Assembly (NCBI GenBank): GCA_964433095.1
Contig: CAYSPW010000002.1
Span: 9,498 to 73,497, forward strand
Direction of reading: 5' to 3'
Length of the DNA: 64,000 bases
From: an uncultured Gammaproteobacteria bacterium
GTDB taxonomy: Bacteria > Patescibacteriota > Patescibacteriia > Magasanikbacterales > UBA922
Shown: positions 29,535-40,065 of the stretch, in pieces
How positions within the stretch are numbered: position 1 is the stretch's first letter
Layout of the letters: each line of letters starts with the position of its first letter
The notes under the pieces: model-generated
What the model was told of the DNA's origin: nothing
The model's database searches: none
What the model saw: the letters and a program-made list of their open reading frames with translations, nothing else
Translations under genes and position numbers: made by a program

Positions 29535-30074
29535 ATGAAACTGGTAGTCGGCCTGGGCAATCCGGGAAAAAATTATCAAAAAACACGCCATAACGTGGGA
29601 TTTATGGTTCTTGACCGTCTACATGACAAGCTAAAGCCGGAAGGAATCAACGATTGGCAAGTAAGCGGTAAATTCAATGCTCAAGTTTCCGGCCTCACAC
29701 GGCATGGTGAAAAAATCATTCTGGCTAAACCGCTCACTTACATGAATATGAGTGGACAGGCGGTACAGCTTTTAGCACATTATTACAAAATCATGCCGGT
29801 GGATATGGTTGTGGCGCATGATGATATTGATATTGAATTGGGTAAGATAAAAATACAAAAAAAGCGCGGTTCGGCAGGCCACAAAGGTATTGAGTCCATT
29901 GTGTCAAGCATTGGTAGTAACGACTTCTTGCGCGTTCGCATCGGAATCCGAGTGAAAGAAAAGAAGATGAAGCAAACGGTTAAATTTGTATTGTCAAAAT
30001 TTTCTTACATGGAAAAAAGAAAACTGGATCTGGCACTGGACACGGCGGTTGAAGAAATCTATCAATTCATATAA
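29535..30074 (+). CDS. pth: peptidyl-tRNA hydrolase
   Basis: MKLVVGLGNPG...TRHNVGF signature. Confidence 0.9.
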   Translation: MKLVVGLGNPGKNYQKTRHNVGFMVLDRLHDKLKPEGINDWQVSGKFNAQVSGLTRHGEKIILAKPLTYMNMSGQAVQLLAHYYKIMPVDMVVAHDDIDIELGKIKIQKKRGSAGHKGIESIVSSIGSNDFLRVRIGIRVKEKKMKQTVKFVLSKFSYMEKRKLDLALDTAVEEIYQFI

Positions 30075-30086
30075 TTCTCCCCCGCT

Positions 30087-31001
30087 ATGATAAAAAAGGA
30101 AATCCTTTTTTCATATTTCCCTAAATATTCCTACACGCGCTATCAAACTCTACTGAAAGCTTTTTCCAATTTAGACAATGCCTGGCAGGCCGATTACTCT
30201 CAACTGAAAAAAACAGGTTGGAAGTCCGGTTTAATTCATGAATTCGTCGCTTGGAAAAACCATCTTGACGAAGAAAAAATAAATCAAGTGCTGAAAAAAG
30301 AAAATATAAATCCCATCACCATTGACGATTCGGCTTACCCGCCCCTGCTAAGACAAACATATGATCCGCCCCTGACTCTGTTCGTTCGCGGCGCGCTTGC
30401 CGATAACGGACCGACGGTCGCCATAGTCGGTACCAGGAAATGTTCGTCTTACGCGCGAAAAACGGTCAAACATTTGCTAAAACAACTGATTGAGTGCTAC
30501 CCTTCATCTCGGAACGGTCTACGGGTCGCGAGTGGTCTGGCACTGGGTATTGATGGGTTGGTCCATTGGGCATGCCTCAAAAATAACTGCCGCACCATTG
30601 CCGTACTCGGCGGCGGCGTCAATAAAGACCATGTGTATCCTGCCGCGCATAAAAGACTTTCGGAGCGGATATTAGAACAAGGCGGCGCGCTCATATCCGA
30701 GTATCCGCCCGGCGCGCTTCCTTCCAAATTCACTTTCCCTAAACGTAACCGCGTTATCGCCGGCATCAGCCTGGCTACGGTAGTGATAGAAGCGCCGGAA
30801 ACTTCCGGCGCCCTTATTACCGCGCAAAGCGCTCTTGATAACAACCGGGAAGTATTCGCATTGCCGCATCCGATAGACTCTGAAAGCGGCCGGGGCGGCA
30901 ATAGACTGATTCAATCCGGAGCGCATCCATTGCTTCACGCGAACGATATCATCAAGCAGCTTAACTTGAACAATAAAATTATTCAAAAAAATATGGAATG
31001 A
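30087..31001 (+). CDS. dprA: DNA-processing protein DprA/Smf
   Basis: Rossmann-like DprA core (IVGTRKCSSYA...SGLALGIDGLVH...VIEAPETSGALITAQ). Confidence 0.85.
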   Translation: MIKKEILFSYFPKYSYTRYQTLLKAFSNLDNAWQADYSQLKKTGWKSGLIHEFVAWKNHLDEEKINQVLKKENINPITIDDSAYPPLLRQTYDPPLTLFVRGALADNGPTVAIVGTRKCSSYARKTVKHLLKQLIECYPSSRNGLRVASGLALGIDGLVHWACLKNNCRTIAVLGGGVNKDHVYPAAHKRLSERILEQGGALISEYPPGALPSKFTFPKRNRVIAGISLATVVIEAPETSGALITAQSALDNNREVFALPHPIDSESGRGGNRLIQSGAHPLLHANDIIKQLNLNNKIIQKNME

Positions 31002-31083
31002 TAACGGAGATTAATTATGCTGTAACCTAAACCGATTAAAAACAATTCCACATCAAAATATATGGATTGGGCAAGTAAATAAT

Positions 31084-31725
31084 ATGAAATTAAATTTTAA
31101 ATTGACAATTCTTACCGCTATTTTCGTCGGCGGGCTGCTGGCGGCCAACACTCTTGGATCCAAAGTAACCATGTTATTCGGCGTGGCCGTGTCGGTGGGG
31201 ATTTTCGCTTATCCTCTTACTTTCATGATCACCGACGCAGTAGCTGAGGTGTACAGCAAAAAAAAGGCCAAGCAAATAGTGTGGGCGGCGCTGATCGCGC
31301 AAGTGCTGGTATTGATCCTGACATATATATCGGTAAAGATGCCACCGGCCGCGCGCTATGAAATTAACGATCAGTATGTAACCGTTTTTAGCGGCAGTTT
31401 GCGCATGATAGTAGCTTCGCTGATTGCGTTCATGGTCAGCCAAACCCATGATATTTGGGCTTTTGATTTTTGGAAAAAAATTACCGGAAGCAAATACCTT
31501 TGGCTTAGAAACAACGCTTCCACATTTGTTTCTCAGGCTATTGACACTTTGCTTTTTATGTTTATCGCTTTCTACCATGTAAGCGATAAATTTACTTTTT
31601 TGTTCATCTTGCAGCTTAGCTTGTCATATTGGTTGTTTAAAGTCGTTTTTGCCGTTGTGGACACGCCTTTCGTCTATCTACTGGTCAGGTGGCTGAAAAA
31701 AAGTGAAATTATGGAAAAAAATTAA
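31084..31725 (+). CDS. YhhQ/DUF165 family queuosine-precursor transporter-like membrane protein
   Basis: multi-TM protein with PLTFMITDAVAEVY motif typical of YhhQ family. Confidence 0.7.
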   Translation: MKLNFKLTILTAIFVGGLLAANTLGSKVTMLFGVAVSVGIFAYPLTFMITDAVAEVYSKKKAKQIVWAALIAQVLVLILTYISVKMPPAARYEINDQYVTVFSGSLRMIVASLIAFMVSQTHDIWAFDFWKKITGSKYLWLRNNASTFVSQAIDTLLFMFIAFYHVSDKFTFLFILQLSLSYWLFKVVFAVVDTPFVYLLVRWLKKSEIMEKN

Positions 31726-33049
31726 AAATATGAACTATCAAAGAGCATATGATTTTTTGCTCTCGCTTGGCAATTATCCGCGGCGCGAATACATGAATGA
31801 TCCGCGGCATTGCAGCCTCTATCTGAAGCGTTTGCTTTTTTTTCTGCGCCTGCTTGATAATCCGGAAAGAAAAATAAAGCATTTCATTCATGTTACCGGC
31901 ACAAGCGGTAAAGGATCGCTCACTGCCATGCTCCATTCCATCTTGCAAGCGAGCGGTAAAAAAACCGGCTCCAGCTATTCTCCACATCCCAGCCAAATAA
32001 CCGAACGTTGGCGAATCGGTGGTCGAAACATGGGTAAAGATAAATTCATTCAATTGATAGAGTCAATCAAACCCAAGCTTGACACGTATATCCGGCGCAG
32101 TCCCTACGGCATGCTTTCTTTTTTTGAGCTGTGCGAGGCGATTGGCCTGCTATGGTTCGCGCAAAACAAAGTGGATTGGGTGGTTTTGGAAGCGGCATGC
32201 GGCGGACGCTATGATTCTAGCAACATATTGCCAAAAAAGGATGTAGCCGTAATAACAAATATCGGCCTTGACCACTTGGGGATAATCGGAAACAATAAAA
32301 AAGAAATTGCCCATGAAAAAGCCGGTATAATTACAAAGGACTGCGCCGCTTTTACGGCTGAAAAAGAAAGTGGAATCAAGATGATTATACAAAAACAAGC
32401 CGACAAACAAGATGTCAAATTGCACACGATTGATACAGGGGCATACCGGCCGGTGAAACACGATTGGCAAGGAATAAAATTCAGGTACAAAGATCGGTAT
32501 TTTACTCTGCCGGTAATCGGCCGCCACCAGGCGCACAATGCCATGCTGGCGATAGACATAGCGCGTTTTTTGGGGATCCGATATTCTAATATCAATAAAG
32601 GATTGAATTCAATTTCATTACCCATTAGGATGGAGGTGGCGCGACGCGATCCTTTTATCATTCTGGACTCGGCGCATAACGAGGATAAAATTAAAAGCAC
32701 GGTACAAACGCTGCTTGAGATCAATAAAGAAAAAAAACCCCTCCATTTATTAATCGGCTTCAGTGAAGACAAAAATCTAAAAAATATACTAACCCAGCTG
32801 GTCAGGCTGCGGCCGCAAACGATTGCCTGCACGCGCAATACCATCAATCCACTACGCAAGGTGGCCGATCCGGTTAAAACGGCCCGCAAACTGAAAAAGA
32901 TGCTACCTAAAACAAAAATAGAAGTTTTTTTCGCACCGGATTCAGCTTTTGATTATCTGCGCCGCCAGGCCGAAAGAGAAGACATAATATTATGTACCGG
33001 CTCGGTTTTTTTGAGCGGCGAATTAAGGGGATATCTTGGTAAAAATTGA
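31703..33049 (+). CDS. folC: folylpolyglutamate synthase/dihydrofolate synthase-like Mur ligase family protein (start may be internal Met at ~31730)
   Basis: P-loop HVTGTSGKGS, Mur ligase middle and C domains. Confidence 0.75.
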   Translation: MKLWKKIKNMNYQRAYDFLLSLGNYPRREYMNDPRHCSLYLKRLLFFLRLLDNPERKIKHFIHVTGTSGKGSLTAMLHSILQASGKKTGSSYSPHPSQITERWRIGGRNMGKDKFIQLIESIKPKLDTYIRRSPYGMLSFFELCEAIGLLWFAQNKVDWVVLEAACGGRYDSSNILPKKDVAVITNIGLDHLGIIGNNKKEIAHEKAGIITKDCAAFTAEKESGIKMIIQKQADKQDVKLHTIDTGAYRPVKHDWQGIKFRYKDRYFTLPVIGRHQAHNAMLAIDIARFLGIRYSNINKGLNSISLPIRMEVARRDPFIILDSAHNEDKIKSTVQTLLEINKEKKPLHLLIGFSEDKNLKNILTQLVRLRPQTIACTRNTINPLRKVADPVKTARKLKKMLPKTKIEVFFAPDSAFDYLRRQAEREDIILCTGSVFLSGELRGYLGKN

Positions 33050-33131
33050 CAGTGAAGTCAAATTACACTATATTGTTTATTAAGTAATATTTTTGCTTTA
33101 ACTAAAACAAGTTATAAAAAAATAATCAATT

Positions 33132-35357
33132 ATGGCAAAAAAATTAGTAATAGTGGAATCGCCCACCAAAGCTAAAACCATATCAAAATTTCTGCAGAAC
33201 GGATATATTGTTCAATCTTCTTTCGGTCATCTGCGGGATTTGCCCAAAAGCAAGATGGGGGTGGATATTGAAAACGACACCTTTGAACCGCGTTATGTTA
33301 TTCCCAAAGACAAACACAAATACATCAAAAAAATCAAGCAGTCCGCCGAAAAAGCGGATCAAGTCATTTTTGCCACAGACGAGGATCGCGAAGGCGAGGC
33401 CATTTCCTGGCATTTGGCCAATATATTGAATATTGAACCGGTAGAAGCCAAGCGGATAGTATTTCATGAAATTACCAAGCACGCTGTTGAAGAAGCTTTG
33501 CAAAACCCGCGTTCAATTGATAAAAAATTGGTTGACGCGCAACAAGCGCGACGAGTACTTGACCGTTTGGTCGGATACGAGCTATCGCCTTTTTTATGGA
33601 AAAAAGTAGCTCGCGGTTTGTCAGCCGGCAGAGTGCAATCGGTTGCCATGCGCTTGATTGTGGAAAGAGAAAGAAAAATTAAGGACTTCAAGCCGGAAGA
33701 ATACTGGACACTGGAAGCGTTATTTCAGCCGCTTGATCAAACAGATACCAGCATCCGGGCCAAACTCTACAGCATTGACGATAAAAAAGTCAAAAAAATG
33801 GATATAGGTAGCCGGGAGCGAATGAATCAAATCGTCAAACAACTTGAGCGTGCCAAATACCATGCCGGCAATATTGAACAAAAAGAAAGCAAGCGTACTC
33901 CGCCGCCGCCTTTTACCACTTCCACCCTGCAGCAACGGGCGCACAATAAATTCGGCTATTCGGCCAAACAAATCATGCGCGTCGCCCAACAGCTCTATGA
34001 AGGCGTTGAAATCGGATCTCATGGTCCGGTTGGCTTAATAACCTACATGCGTACCGACTCGTATAAGCTATCACCCAAATTTCTGAATGAAACAAAAAAG
34101 TTTTTGCAAAAAGAATACGGCGATAAATACATTCCGGACAATCCCAGATTCTACAAACAAAAATCAAAAGGAGCTCAAGAAGCACACGAGGCGATTCGTC
34201 CTACCGAGCCGACTTACACGCCCGAATCGGTCAAAAAATATTTAAGCAAGCAGCAGTACAATCTTTATGAAACGATATGGAAAAGAGCTTTGGCCACTCA
34301 GATGTCGGCGGCCAAAATCAACAGAACCAGCATAGATATCAGTTATGACAATTATACTTTCCGCGCCGGCGGCCAAACTATGATTTTTGACGGCTGGCTC
34401 AAACTCTATCCGCACGCGGTCAAAGAGGAAATGCTGCCGCCAATAAAGCCGGGACAAAAAATGAACTGTCTACGGCTGAAACCGGAACAGCACTTTACCG
34501 AACCGCCGGCCCGCTACTCGGACGCCACTTTGGTCAAAGCGCTGGAAGAATACGGCATCGGCCGCCCGTCCACTTACGCTCCCACCATCGCCACCATTGA
34601 AGCACGCGGCTACGCGCGCAGGGATGAAAACAAAAGACTGGAACCCACGGAAATTTCTTTCCTCGTAAATGATCTTTTGGTAAAACATTTTTCAGACATA
34701 GTGGATTATGAATTTACCGCTGAAATGGAAGAAAATCTTGATAAAATCGCCGCCGGAAAAAAAGAGTGGCACAAAGTAATTTCTTCTTTCTACCGGCCCT
34801 TTCATCAAAATCTGGAAAAGAAAACCAAAGAGTTGTCCAAGAAAGAACTAACCGAAGAAAAAACCGAGGAAAAATGTGATAAATGCGGCGCCGATATGGT
34901 TATTAAAATGGGGCGTTATGGAAAATTCATGGCCTGTGGCAATTATCCGGAATGTAAAAATACCAAGCCGATCGGAGAAGAAGCCGAAATGAAAAAAGAA
35001 TTTTCCAATGAAATCTGCGAAAAGTGCGGCAAGCCGATGATATTAAAACAAGGCCGTTACGGCAGTTTTCTCGGGTGTTCGGGATATCCGGAATGCAAAA
35101 ACATTAAAAAAATAGAGAAAAAAACCGGAGTGCCCTGCAATATGTGCCAAGAAGGAGAATTCGTGGAGAGAAAAACCAAAAAAGGAAGGACTTTCTATGG
35201 ATGCAACCGCTATCCGAAATGTAAAAACGCGTTATGGAACAAACCGACCGGGGAATCTTGTAATCAATGTAATTCACCCTTGGTTTATGCCGGCAAAAAT
35301 AAAATCAAATGTTCAAACAAGGAGTGCGGCTTTGAAAAAGAAACAGAAAAAGCATAA
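33132..35357 (+). CDS. topA: DNA topoisomerase I with multiple C-terminal zinc ribbons
   Basis: TOPRIM (VIVESPTKAKTI..FATDEDREGE), Topo IA core, four CxxC...CxxC zinc-ribbon repeats (CDKCG, CEKCG, CNMC, CNQC). Confidence 0.9.
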   Translation: MAKKLVIVESPTKAKTISKFLQNGYIVQSSFGHLRDLPKSKMGVDIENDTFEPRYVIPKDKHKYIKKIKQSAEKADQVIFATDEDREGEAISWHLANILNIEPVEAKRIVFHEITKHAVEEALQNPRSIDKKLVDAQQARRVLDRLVGYELSPFLWKKVARGLSAGRVQSVAMRLIVERERKIKDFKPEEYWTLEALFQPLDQTDTSIRAKLYSIDDKKVKKMDIGSRERMNQIVKQLERAKYHAGNIEQKESKRTPPPPFTTSTLQQRAHNKFGYSAKQIMRVAQQLYEGVEIGSHGPVGLITYMRTDSYKLSPKFLNETKKFLQKEYGDKYIPDNPRFYKQKSKGAQEAHEAIRPTEPTYTPESVKKYLSKQQYNLYETIWKRALATQMSAAKINRTSIDISYDNYTFRAGGQTMIFDGWLKLYPHAVKEEMLPPIKPGQKMNCLRLKPEQHFTEPPARYSDATLVKALEEYGIGRPSTYAPTIATIEARGYARRDENKRLEPTEISFLVNDLLVKHFSDIVDYEFTAEMEENLDKIAAGKKEWHKVISSFYRPFHQNLEKKTKELSKKELTEEKTEEKCDKCGADMVIKMGRYGKFMACGNYPECKNTKPIGEEAEMKKEFSNEICEKCGKPMILKQGRYGSFLGCSGYPECKNIKKIEKKTGVPCNMCQEGEFVERKTKKGRTFYGCNRYPKCKNALWNKPTGESCNQCNSPLVYAGKNKIKCSNKECGFEKETEKA

Positions 35358-35564
35358 GATAAAGCGCGAGTAAAAATGGAGAAATAACTAAAAAAAAGAA
35401 CCCAACGTCTTTCAAGGCGGGGGGTTTTTTTAATGGCGCTTTGATTCTAACACTAACATCCGTGTATATTATTACATAAAACTTTATCGCTTGACAAGCA
35501 TAAAAATTATTTTAAACCAAGCAAAAACTTGTCAATTAACCAAAAAAAGTGTTTAATATAAATT

Positions 35565-37052
35565 ATGTTTACCGGTATGAAAAAAAACAACCAAACAGTT
35601 GAATCCTTGCTGAAAAAAGTAAAAAAATACGGTTCGGAACACGATCTGGAATTAATTCAGCTTGCTTATGATTTCGCCGAATCAGCGCATGCCGGACAAA
35701 AAAGAAAAAGCGGCGAACCATATATTACCCACCCTCTGGCGGCCGCGCATATTCTGGCAAACATGAGAATTGATCCTCTGGTCATCAGCGCCACCATTTT
35801 GCATGACGTGCCGGAAGACACGCAAATCAGTCTGGACGAAATCCGGGATAATTTCGGCGATGAAATATGCTCAATGGTACGCGGCATCACCAAGCTGGGA
35901 AAGCTTAAATACCGCGGGGTGGAAAGGTATATAGAGAATCTGCGCAAAATGTTCGTAGCCATGGCCGAAGATGTCAGAGTGATGATAATCAAATTCGCGG
36001 ATCGGATACACAATTTGCAAACTCTTGACTCGCTGCCACCGCAAAAACAATACCGCATTGCCCTGGAAAGCTTGGAGATTTACGCTCCAATCGCAAATCG
36101 CCTGGGCATGAATGAAATGAAAGGCCGACTGGAAGATTTGTCTTTTCGCTACGTATATCCGAAAGAATACGGCCGAGTGAAAAAAATCAGAGACGACCGA
36201 CTATCCGGTACCGAAGAAATGCTGAAAAAAATAAAAAAGACCGTATGGAAAGAACTCAAAGAGGCCGGAATCAAGGTGATTGACATACACGGCAGAAACA
36301 AGCGCCTTTACAGTCTATATAAAAAACTCCTAAAAAAAGACAATCAGGTGGCTAAAATATATGATTTGGTGGCAATAAGAATTATTGTACCCTCGGTGGC
36401 CGACTGCTATGCCAGCATCGGCATCCTACACAAAATCTGGCGCCCGCTCAAAGGACGAATCAAAGATTATATATCCCAGCCCAAACCGAACGGCTACCGC
36501 TCTTTGCATACTACCGTATTCGGTGAAGCCGGAGAAATAGTGGAATTCCAAATCCGCACTCCTGAAATGCACGAAGAAGCCGAGTTCGGTGTGGCCGCTC
36601 ACTGGCATTATGACGAATCCGGATCCCGCCTGCCTTCCAAAGAAGTAAAATGGGTAAAAGAACTGGCCGAAATTCAAAAAGAAATTTTAAATAAACTATC
36701 CGATCTGGAAGAAATAAAAATTGATTTTCTGCAAACAAGAATTTTTGTTTTTACGCCCAAAGGGGACGTGATTGATCTTCCCGAAGGCGCCACTCCGGTT
36801 GACTTTGCCTATCATATACATACCGATATCGGGAACAAATGCAGCGGCGCCATGGTCAATGAAAAAATGGTTAGTCTTGACAGTGAACTTAAAAATGGAG
36901 ACGTGGTGGAAATAGTAGTAAACAAAAACCGCAAACTACCAAGCGTGGACTGGCTCAAATTCGCCAAAACACATACCGCCAGATCAAGAATTAAAGCGGC
37001 GCAAAAATCAAAACTGACCGGCTGGCTTAAATCAGTACTACCAAAAAATTAA
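35565..37052 (+). CDS. short RelA/SpoT-family (p)ppGpp synthetase/hydrolase (HD + synthetase + TGS; no long C-terminal regulatory region)
   Basis: HD motif (HPLAAAHIL...HDVPED), synthetase motifs (RNKRLYSLYKK, DLVAIRII), TGS-like C-terminus. Confidence 0.85.
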   Translation: MFTGMKKNNQTVESLLKKVKKYGSEHDLELIQLAYDFAESAHAGQKRKSGEPYITHPLAAAHILANMRIDPLVISATILHDVPEDTQISLDEIRDNFGDEICSMVRGITKLGKLKYRGVERYIENLRKMFVAMAEDVRVMIIKFADRIHNLQTLDSLPPQKQYRIALESLEIYAPIANRLGMNEMKGRLEDLSFRYVYPKEYGRVKKIRDDRLSGTEEMLKKIKKTVWKELKEAGIKVIDIHGRNKRLYSLYKKLLKKDNQVAKIYDLVAIRIIVPSVADCYASIGILHKIWRPLKGRIKDYISQPKPNGYRSLHTTVFGEAGEIVEFQIRTPEMHEEAEFGVAAHWHYDESGSRLPSKEVKWVKELAEIQKEILNKLSDLEEIKIDFLQTRIFVFTPKGDVIDLPEGATPVDFAYHIHTDIGNKCSGAMVNEKMVSLDSELKNGDVVEIVVNKNRKLPSVDWLKFAKTHTARSRIKAAQKSKLTGWLKSVLPKN

Positions 37053-37057
37053 AAAAA

Positions 37058-37088
37058 CCGCTGCCTTAAATCAAAACAGTGGTTTTTT
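37058..37088. terminator. hairpin plus T-run between convergent rel and parB genes
   Basis: CCGCTG...CAGTGG stem followed by TTTTTT. Confidence 0.4.
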
Positions 37089-37102
37089 GTATTATATTTT
37101 TA

Positions 37103-37960
37103 TCAGGTCAATTCCTGCATCAATCTTTTGAATTCTTCGTTGGAATAAAAATTTATCACGATAGTTCCCTTCTCTCCCCTTTTTTTAATATGCACCTTAG
37201 TGCCCAAACTATCTTCCAGTAAATCCTCTTGCGCGATGATATTGGGATCTCTTCTCACAGAACCTTTGCGGCTTTTCGGACCTTTCCTTGCCACCACCTG
37301 CTCCAAATCCCGCACCGTCATTCTCTGGCCGACGATATTGGAAAAAACGGCCATCTGTTCTTTTTCATTTTTCAAACTAAGCAATACCTTGGCCTTGCCT
37401 ACACTGATTTTGCCGTCAATCAAGGCTTTCTGTATTTGGTCGGGCAGATCAAGCAGCCTGACCATATTGGCGATTGTTGATCTCTTTTTCCCCACCTGCT
37501 CCACCAAATCTTGCTGACTCATATTAAACTCGTCCAACAATCTTTTATAGGCAAAAGCTTCTTCAATCGGATTCAAATCCTGTCTTTGTATGTTTTCTAT
37601 CAAAGCCAGCTCCAGCTTCTGCTGCCTGTTTGCTCCCCTGACTATCGCGGGAATGGTTGACAAGCCGGCGATTTCACTGGCACGCAATCGACGCTCGCCG
37701 GCTATCAGCTCATATCCACCGTCCGATTTTTCCGTAACCGTTATCGGCTGCAAAATTCCATGTCTTTTTATGGACAATACCAGCTCTTCCAACTCATCAT
37801 GGGAAAAGTCCTTTCTCGGCTGCTCAGGATTGGGATCTATCTCTGTAATGGGAATATGCCAAATCCGATTTTTTAAATCTTCTCCGCTCGCGCCTTTCTG
37901 GCGCGTTTTTCTGTTTTTTTGCTGGGGAATTAAAGAATTAAGCCCTCTACCAAGTGGCAT
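37103..37960 (-). CDS. parB: chromosome partitioning protein ParB
   Basis: MPLGRGLNSLIP N-terminus, ParB box (GERRLRA), HTH. Confidence 0.85.
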   Translation of the reverse strand: MPLGRGLNSLIPQQKNRKTRQKGASGEDLKNRIWHIPITEIDPNPEQPRKDFSHDELEELVLSIKRHGILQPITVTEKSDGGYELIAGERRLRASEIAGLSTIPAIVRGANRQQKLELALIENIQRQDLNPIEEAFAYKRLLDEFNMSQQDLVEQVGKKRSTIANMVRLLDLPDQIQKALIDGKISVGKAKVLLSLKNEKEQMAVFSNIVGQRMTVRDLEQVVARKGPKSRKGSVRRDPNIIAQEDLLEDSLGTKVHIKKRGEKGTIVINFYSNEEFKRLMQELT

Positions 37961-38014
37961 ATGATAAATATTTAGTGATCAATAAAAATTACAAAAAGTC
38001 TTCCTCAGGACAAC

Positions 38015-38782
38015 TTATTGCTCGTGTTTTTCCAAAATCTCCCTAACCAATCTCTCATAAGCCTTAGCCCCCTTTCCTTTGGGATCATAATGAAAAATAG
38101 AACGACCGAAACTGGGCGCTTCAGCCAAACGCACGGTACGCGGTATAACTGTCCTGAAAATAGTATCCGGAAAATATCGGTATAACTCATTCATAACGTC
38201 TTCGGACAAGCGGGTGCGCTTATCATACATTGTGATTACCGCCCCCAACACTTTGAGTTCCGGCTTTACATGTTCTTGAATCAATCCGATAGTGTTTAAC
38301 AGCTGGCCCAAACCTTCAAGCGCGTAGTATTCTGCTTGTACCGGAATCAAAAGTTCGTCCGCGGCCACCAAAGAATTTACGGTCAATAAACCGAGTGAAG
38401 GCGGGCAATCTATGACAATATAGTCATAGGCATGCTTTACTTGATCCAAGAGATCCAATAGTTGAAACTCTCTTCTATCCATGTTGACCAGCTCCACGTT
38501 GGCTCCGGCCAAACTCGGTCCGCTCGGAGCCAGGCGCAGCCCCTCGTGCGCGGTGTTTAATACTATATCAAAAAACCTTTTTTTTCTTGCTAAAGCTTCA
38601 TACACTCCGTTATCCAGCTCGTTGCGATCAAACCCAAAACCGCTTGAGGCGTTGCCTTGCGGATCCATATCCACCAAAAGAACAAACTTGCCCGTTTCCG
38701 CCAGATAAGCGGCCGAATTCATGGCCGTGGTGGTCTTACCAACGCCTCCTTTTTGGTTTACTAAGGTAATAACTTTGGACAT
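38015..38782 (-). CDS. parA: chromosome partitioning ATPase ParA/Soj (start at MSKVITLVNQKGGVGKTT; track ORF N-extension rejected)
   Basis: deviant Walker A KGGVGKTT immediately after Met; extension would overlap tRNA-Leu. Confidence 0.85.
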   Translation of the reverse strand: MSKVITLVNQKGGVGKTTTAMNSAAYLAETGKFVLLVDMDPQGNASSGFGFDRNELDNGVYEALARKKRFFDIVLNTAHEGLRLAPSGPSLAGANVELVNMDRREFQLLDLLDQVKHAYDYIVIDCPPSLGLLTVNSLVAADELLIPVQAEYYALEGLGQLLNTIGLIQEHVKPELKVLGAVITMYDKRTRLSEDVMNELYRYFPDTIFRTVIPRTVRLAEAPSFGRSIFHYDPKGKGAKAYERLVREILEKHEQ

Positions 38783-38916
38783 ATTCGTTAAAGAATATTT
38801 TGTGCCGGATAATATTAAGCCAGTTGAATTGAACTTGTTTTTAACTTGATGTATTATACAATAAATTGACAAGTAATACAATAAAATATATACTGATTTA
38901 GCGGAAAATATAGATA

Positions 38917-38998
38917 GCCCGAGTGGCGGAACTGGCAGACGCGCACGACTCAAAATCGTGTGGAGCAATCCATGTGGGTTCGATTCCCACCTCGGGCA
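38917..38998 (+). tRNA. tRNA-Leu (anticodon CAA), class II with long variable arm
   Basis: acceptor GCCCGAG/CTCGGGC, anticodon stem CACGA/TCGTG loop CTCAAAA, T-arm GTGGG-TTCGATT-CCCAC. Confidence 0.85.
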
Positions 38999-39007
38999 CC
39001 GATTAAT

Positions 39008-39979
39008 ATGTCAATGTTTTACGATTTGCTAATATCAGCCGCCATTGCCGCCACGGCCCTTCCGGCGGTTATTCTAATCTATCACAGATCACGCTCCGTC
39101 TCCAGCTGGGAATATCGCTACCCAAGTATTTCACTGGTTTTGATTGTATTCTTTTGTCTGTCCTGTCTGCTACTCTTATACGGCAGTTTCATTGAACCGA
39201 GGCTGCTTGTGGTCAAACAACAAGAATACGATCTGCGTCAAATTAAAAAGCCTGTAAACATAATCTTGATCGCCGATCCGCAGCTCGGACCATACAAAGG
39301 AGAAAAATATTTGAATAAAATAATTGACAAGACAATTCAGCTTAATCCGGACTTGGTACTGCTAGCCGGAGACATAATCAACAACGGCATCAACAGCCCG
39401 GATGAAACAATACTGCTCGGGCCGTTGCGAAATTTATCCGCCAAAATACCGACTTACGCGGTACACGGAAATCATGAATACGGGGTGAATAAATACAGCC
39501 CGTACCAGACAAACAAATCACTGAGTAAGGACCGGAGCGGAGCCGTTAAAATACAATTGGAAAAGCTGGGAGTAAATTTTCTTGTTAATGAGTTGGTTGA
39601 GCTGACAATCAACCACGAAAAAATATATTTATTCGGCGGCGATTCTTATCTGGCAGGAAGATTGGATTTTGCAGCGCTGGAGCAAGAAAAAGTACACGAT
39701 TATCCGGTCATGGCACTGATTCACAACCCAAACGCGATTGTGCTGGCGCGCGAGCACGGAGTGGATTTAATGTTAAGCGGCCATACTCACGGCGGACAAA
39801 TTAGATTTCCTTTTATCGGCCCCGTGGGCAGAGTGGATTCAATCACCCCAACGGAAATTTACCAAGGTTCATTTGAATTCGGACAGACCAAGTTATTAGT
39901 CTCAAGCGGAGCGGGCGAGACCGGACCGCGGGCCAGACTTTTTAATCCGCCGGAGATATATTTGATAAACCTTCACTAG
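39008..39979 (+). CDS. membrane-anchored metallophosphoesterase (calcineurin-like)
   Basis: N-terminal TM helices; motifs LLAGDIIN, GNHEY, GHTHGGQ. Confidence 0.75.
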   Translation: MSMFYDLLISAAIAATALPAVILIYHRSRSVSSWEYRYPSISLVLIVFFCLSCLLLLYGSFIEPRLLVVKQQEYDLRQIKKPVNIILIADPQLGPYKGEKYLNKIIDKTIQLNPDLVLLAGDIINNGINSPDETILLGPLRNLSAKIPTYAVHGNHEYGVNKYSPYQTNKSLSKDRSGAVKIQLEKLGVNFLVNELVELTINHEKIYLFGGDSYLAGRLDFAALEQEKVHDYPVMALIHNPNAIVLAREHGVDLMLSGHTHGGQIRFPFIGPVGRVDSITPTEIYQGSFEFGQTKLLVSSGAGETGPRARLFNPPEIYLINLH

Positions 39980-40065
39980 ATTAAAGAGTAAATAATTACC
40001 AATCGCCAACCAAAAAAAAAGAGTATTAATCAGGCTCATTTTTTTATCCGTATTTGGCAAAAAAA

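Noticed and set aside
35385-35440. Terminator after topA (GAACCCAACGTCTTTCAAGGCGGGGGGTTTTTTT)
   Set aside because: There is a G-run plus T-run but no convincing complementary stem, so it is not listed as a feature.
38783-38968. N-terminal 62-codon extension of the parA ORF
   Set aside because: Walker A begins right after the internal Met (MSKVITLVNQKGGVGKTT). The extension overlaps the tRNA-Leu on the other strand and is hydrophobic nonsense.
38960-39007. First 16 codons of ORF 38960..39979
   Set aside because: They overlap the 3' half of tRNA-Leu. The start at MSMFYDLL (39008) fits better.
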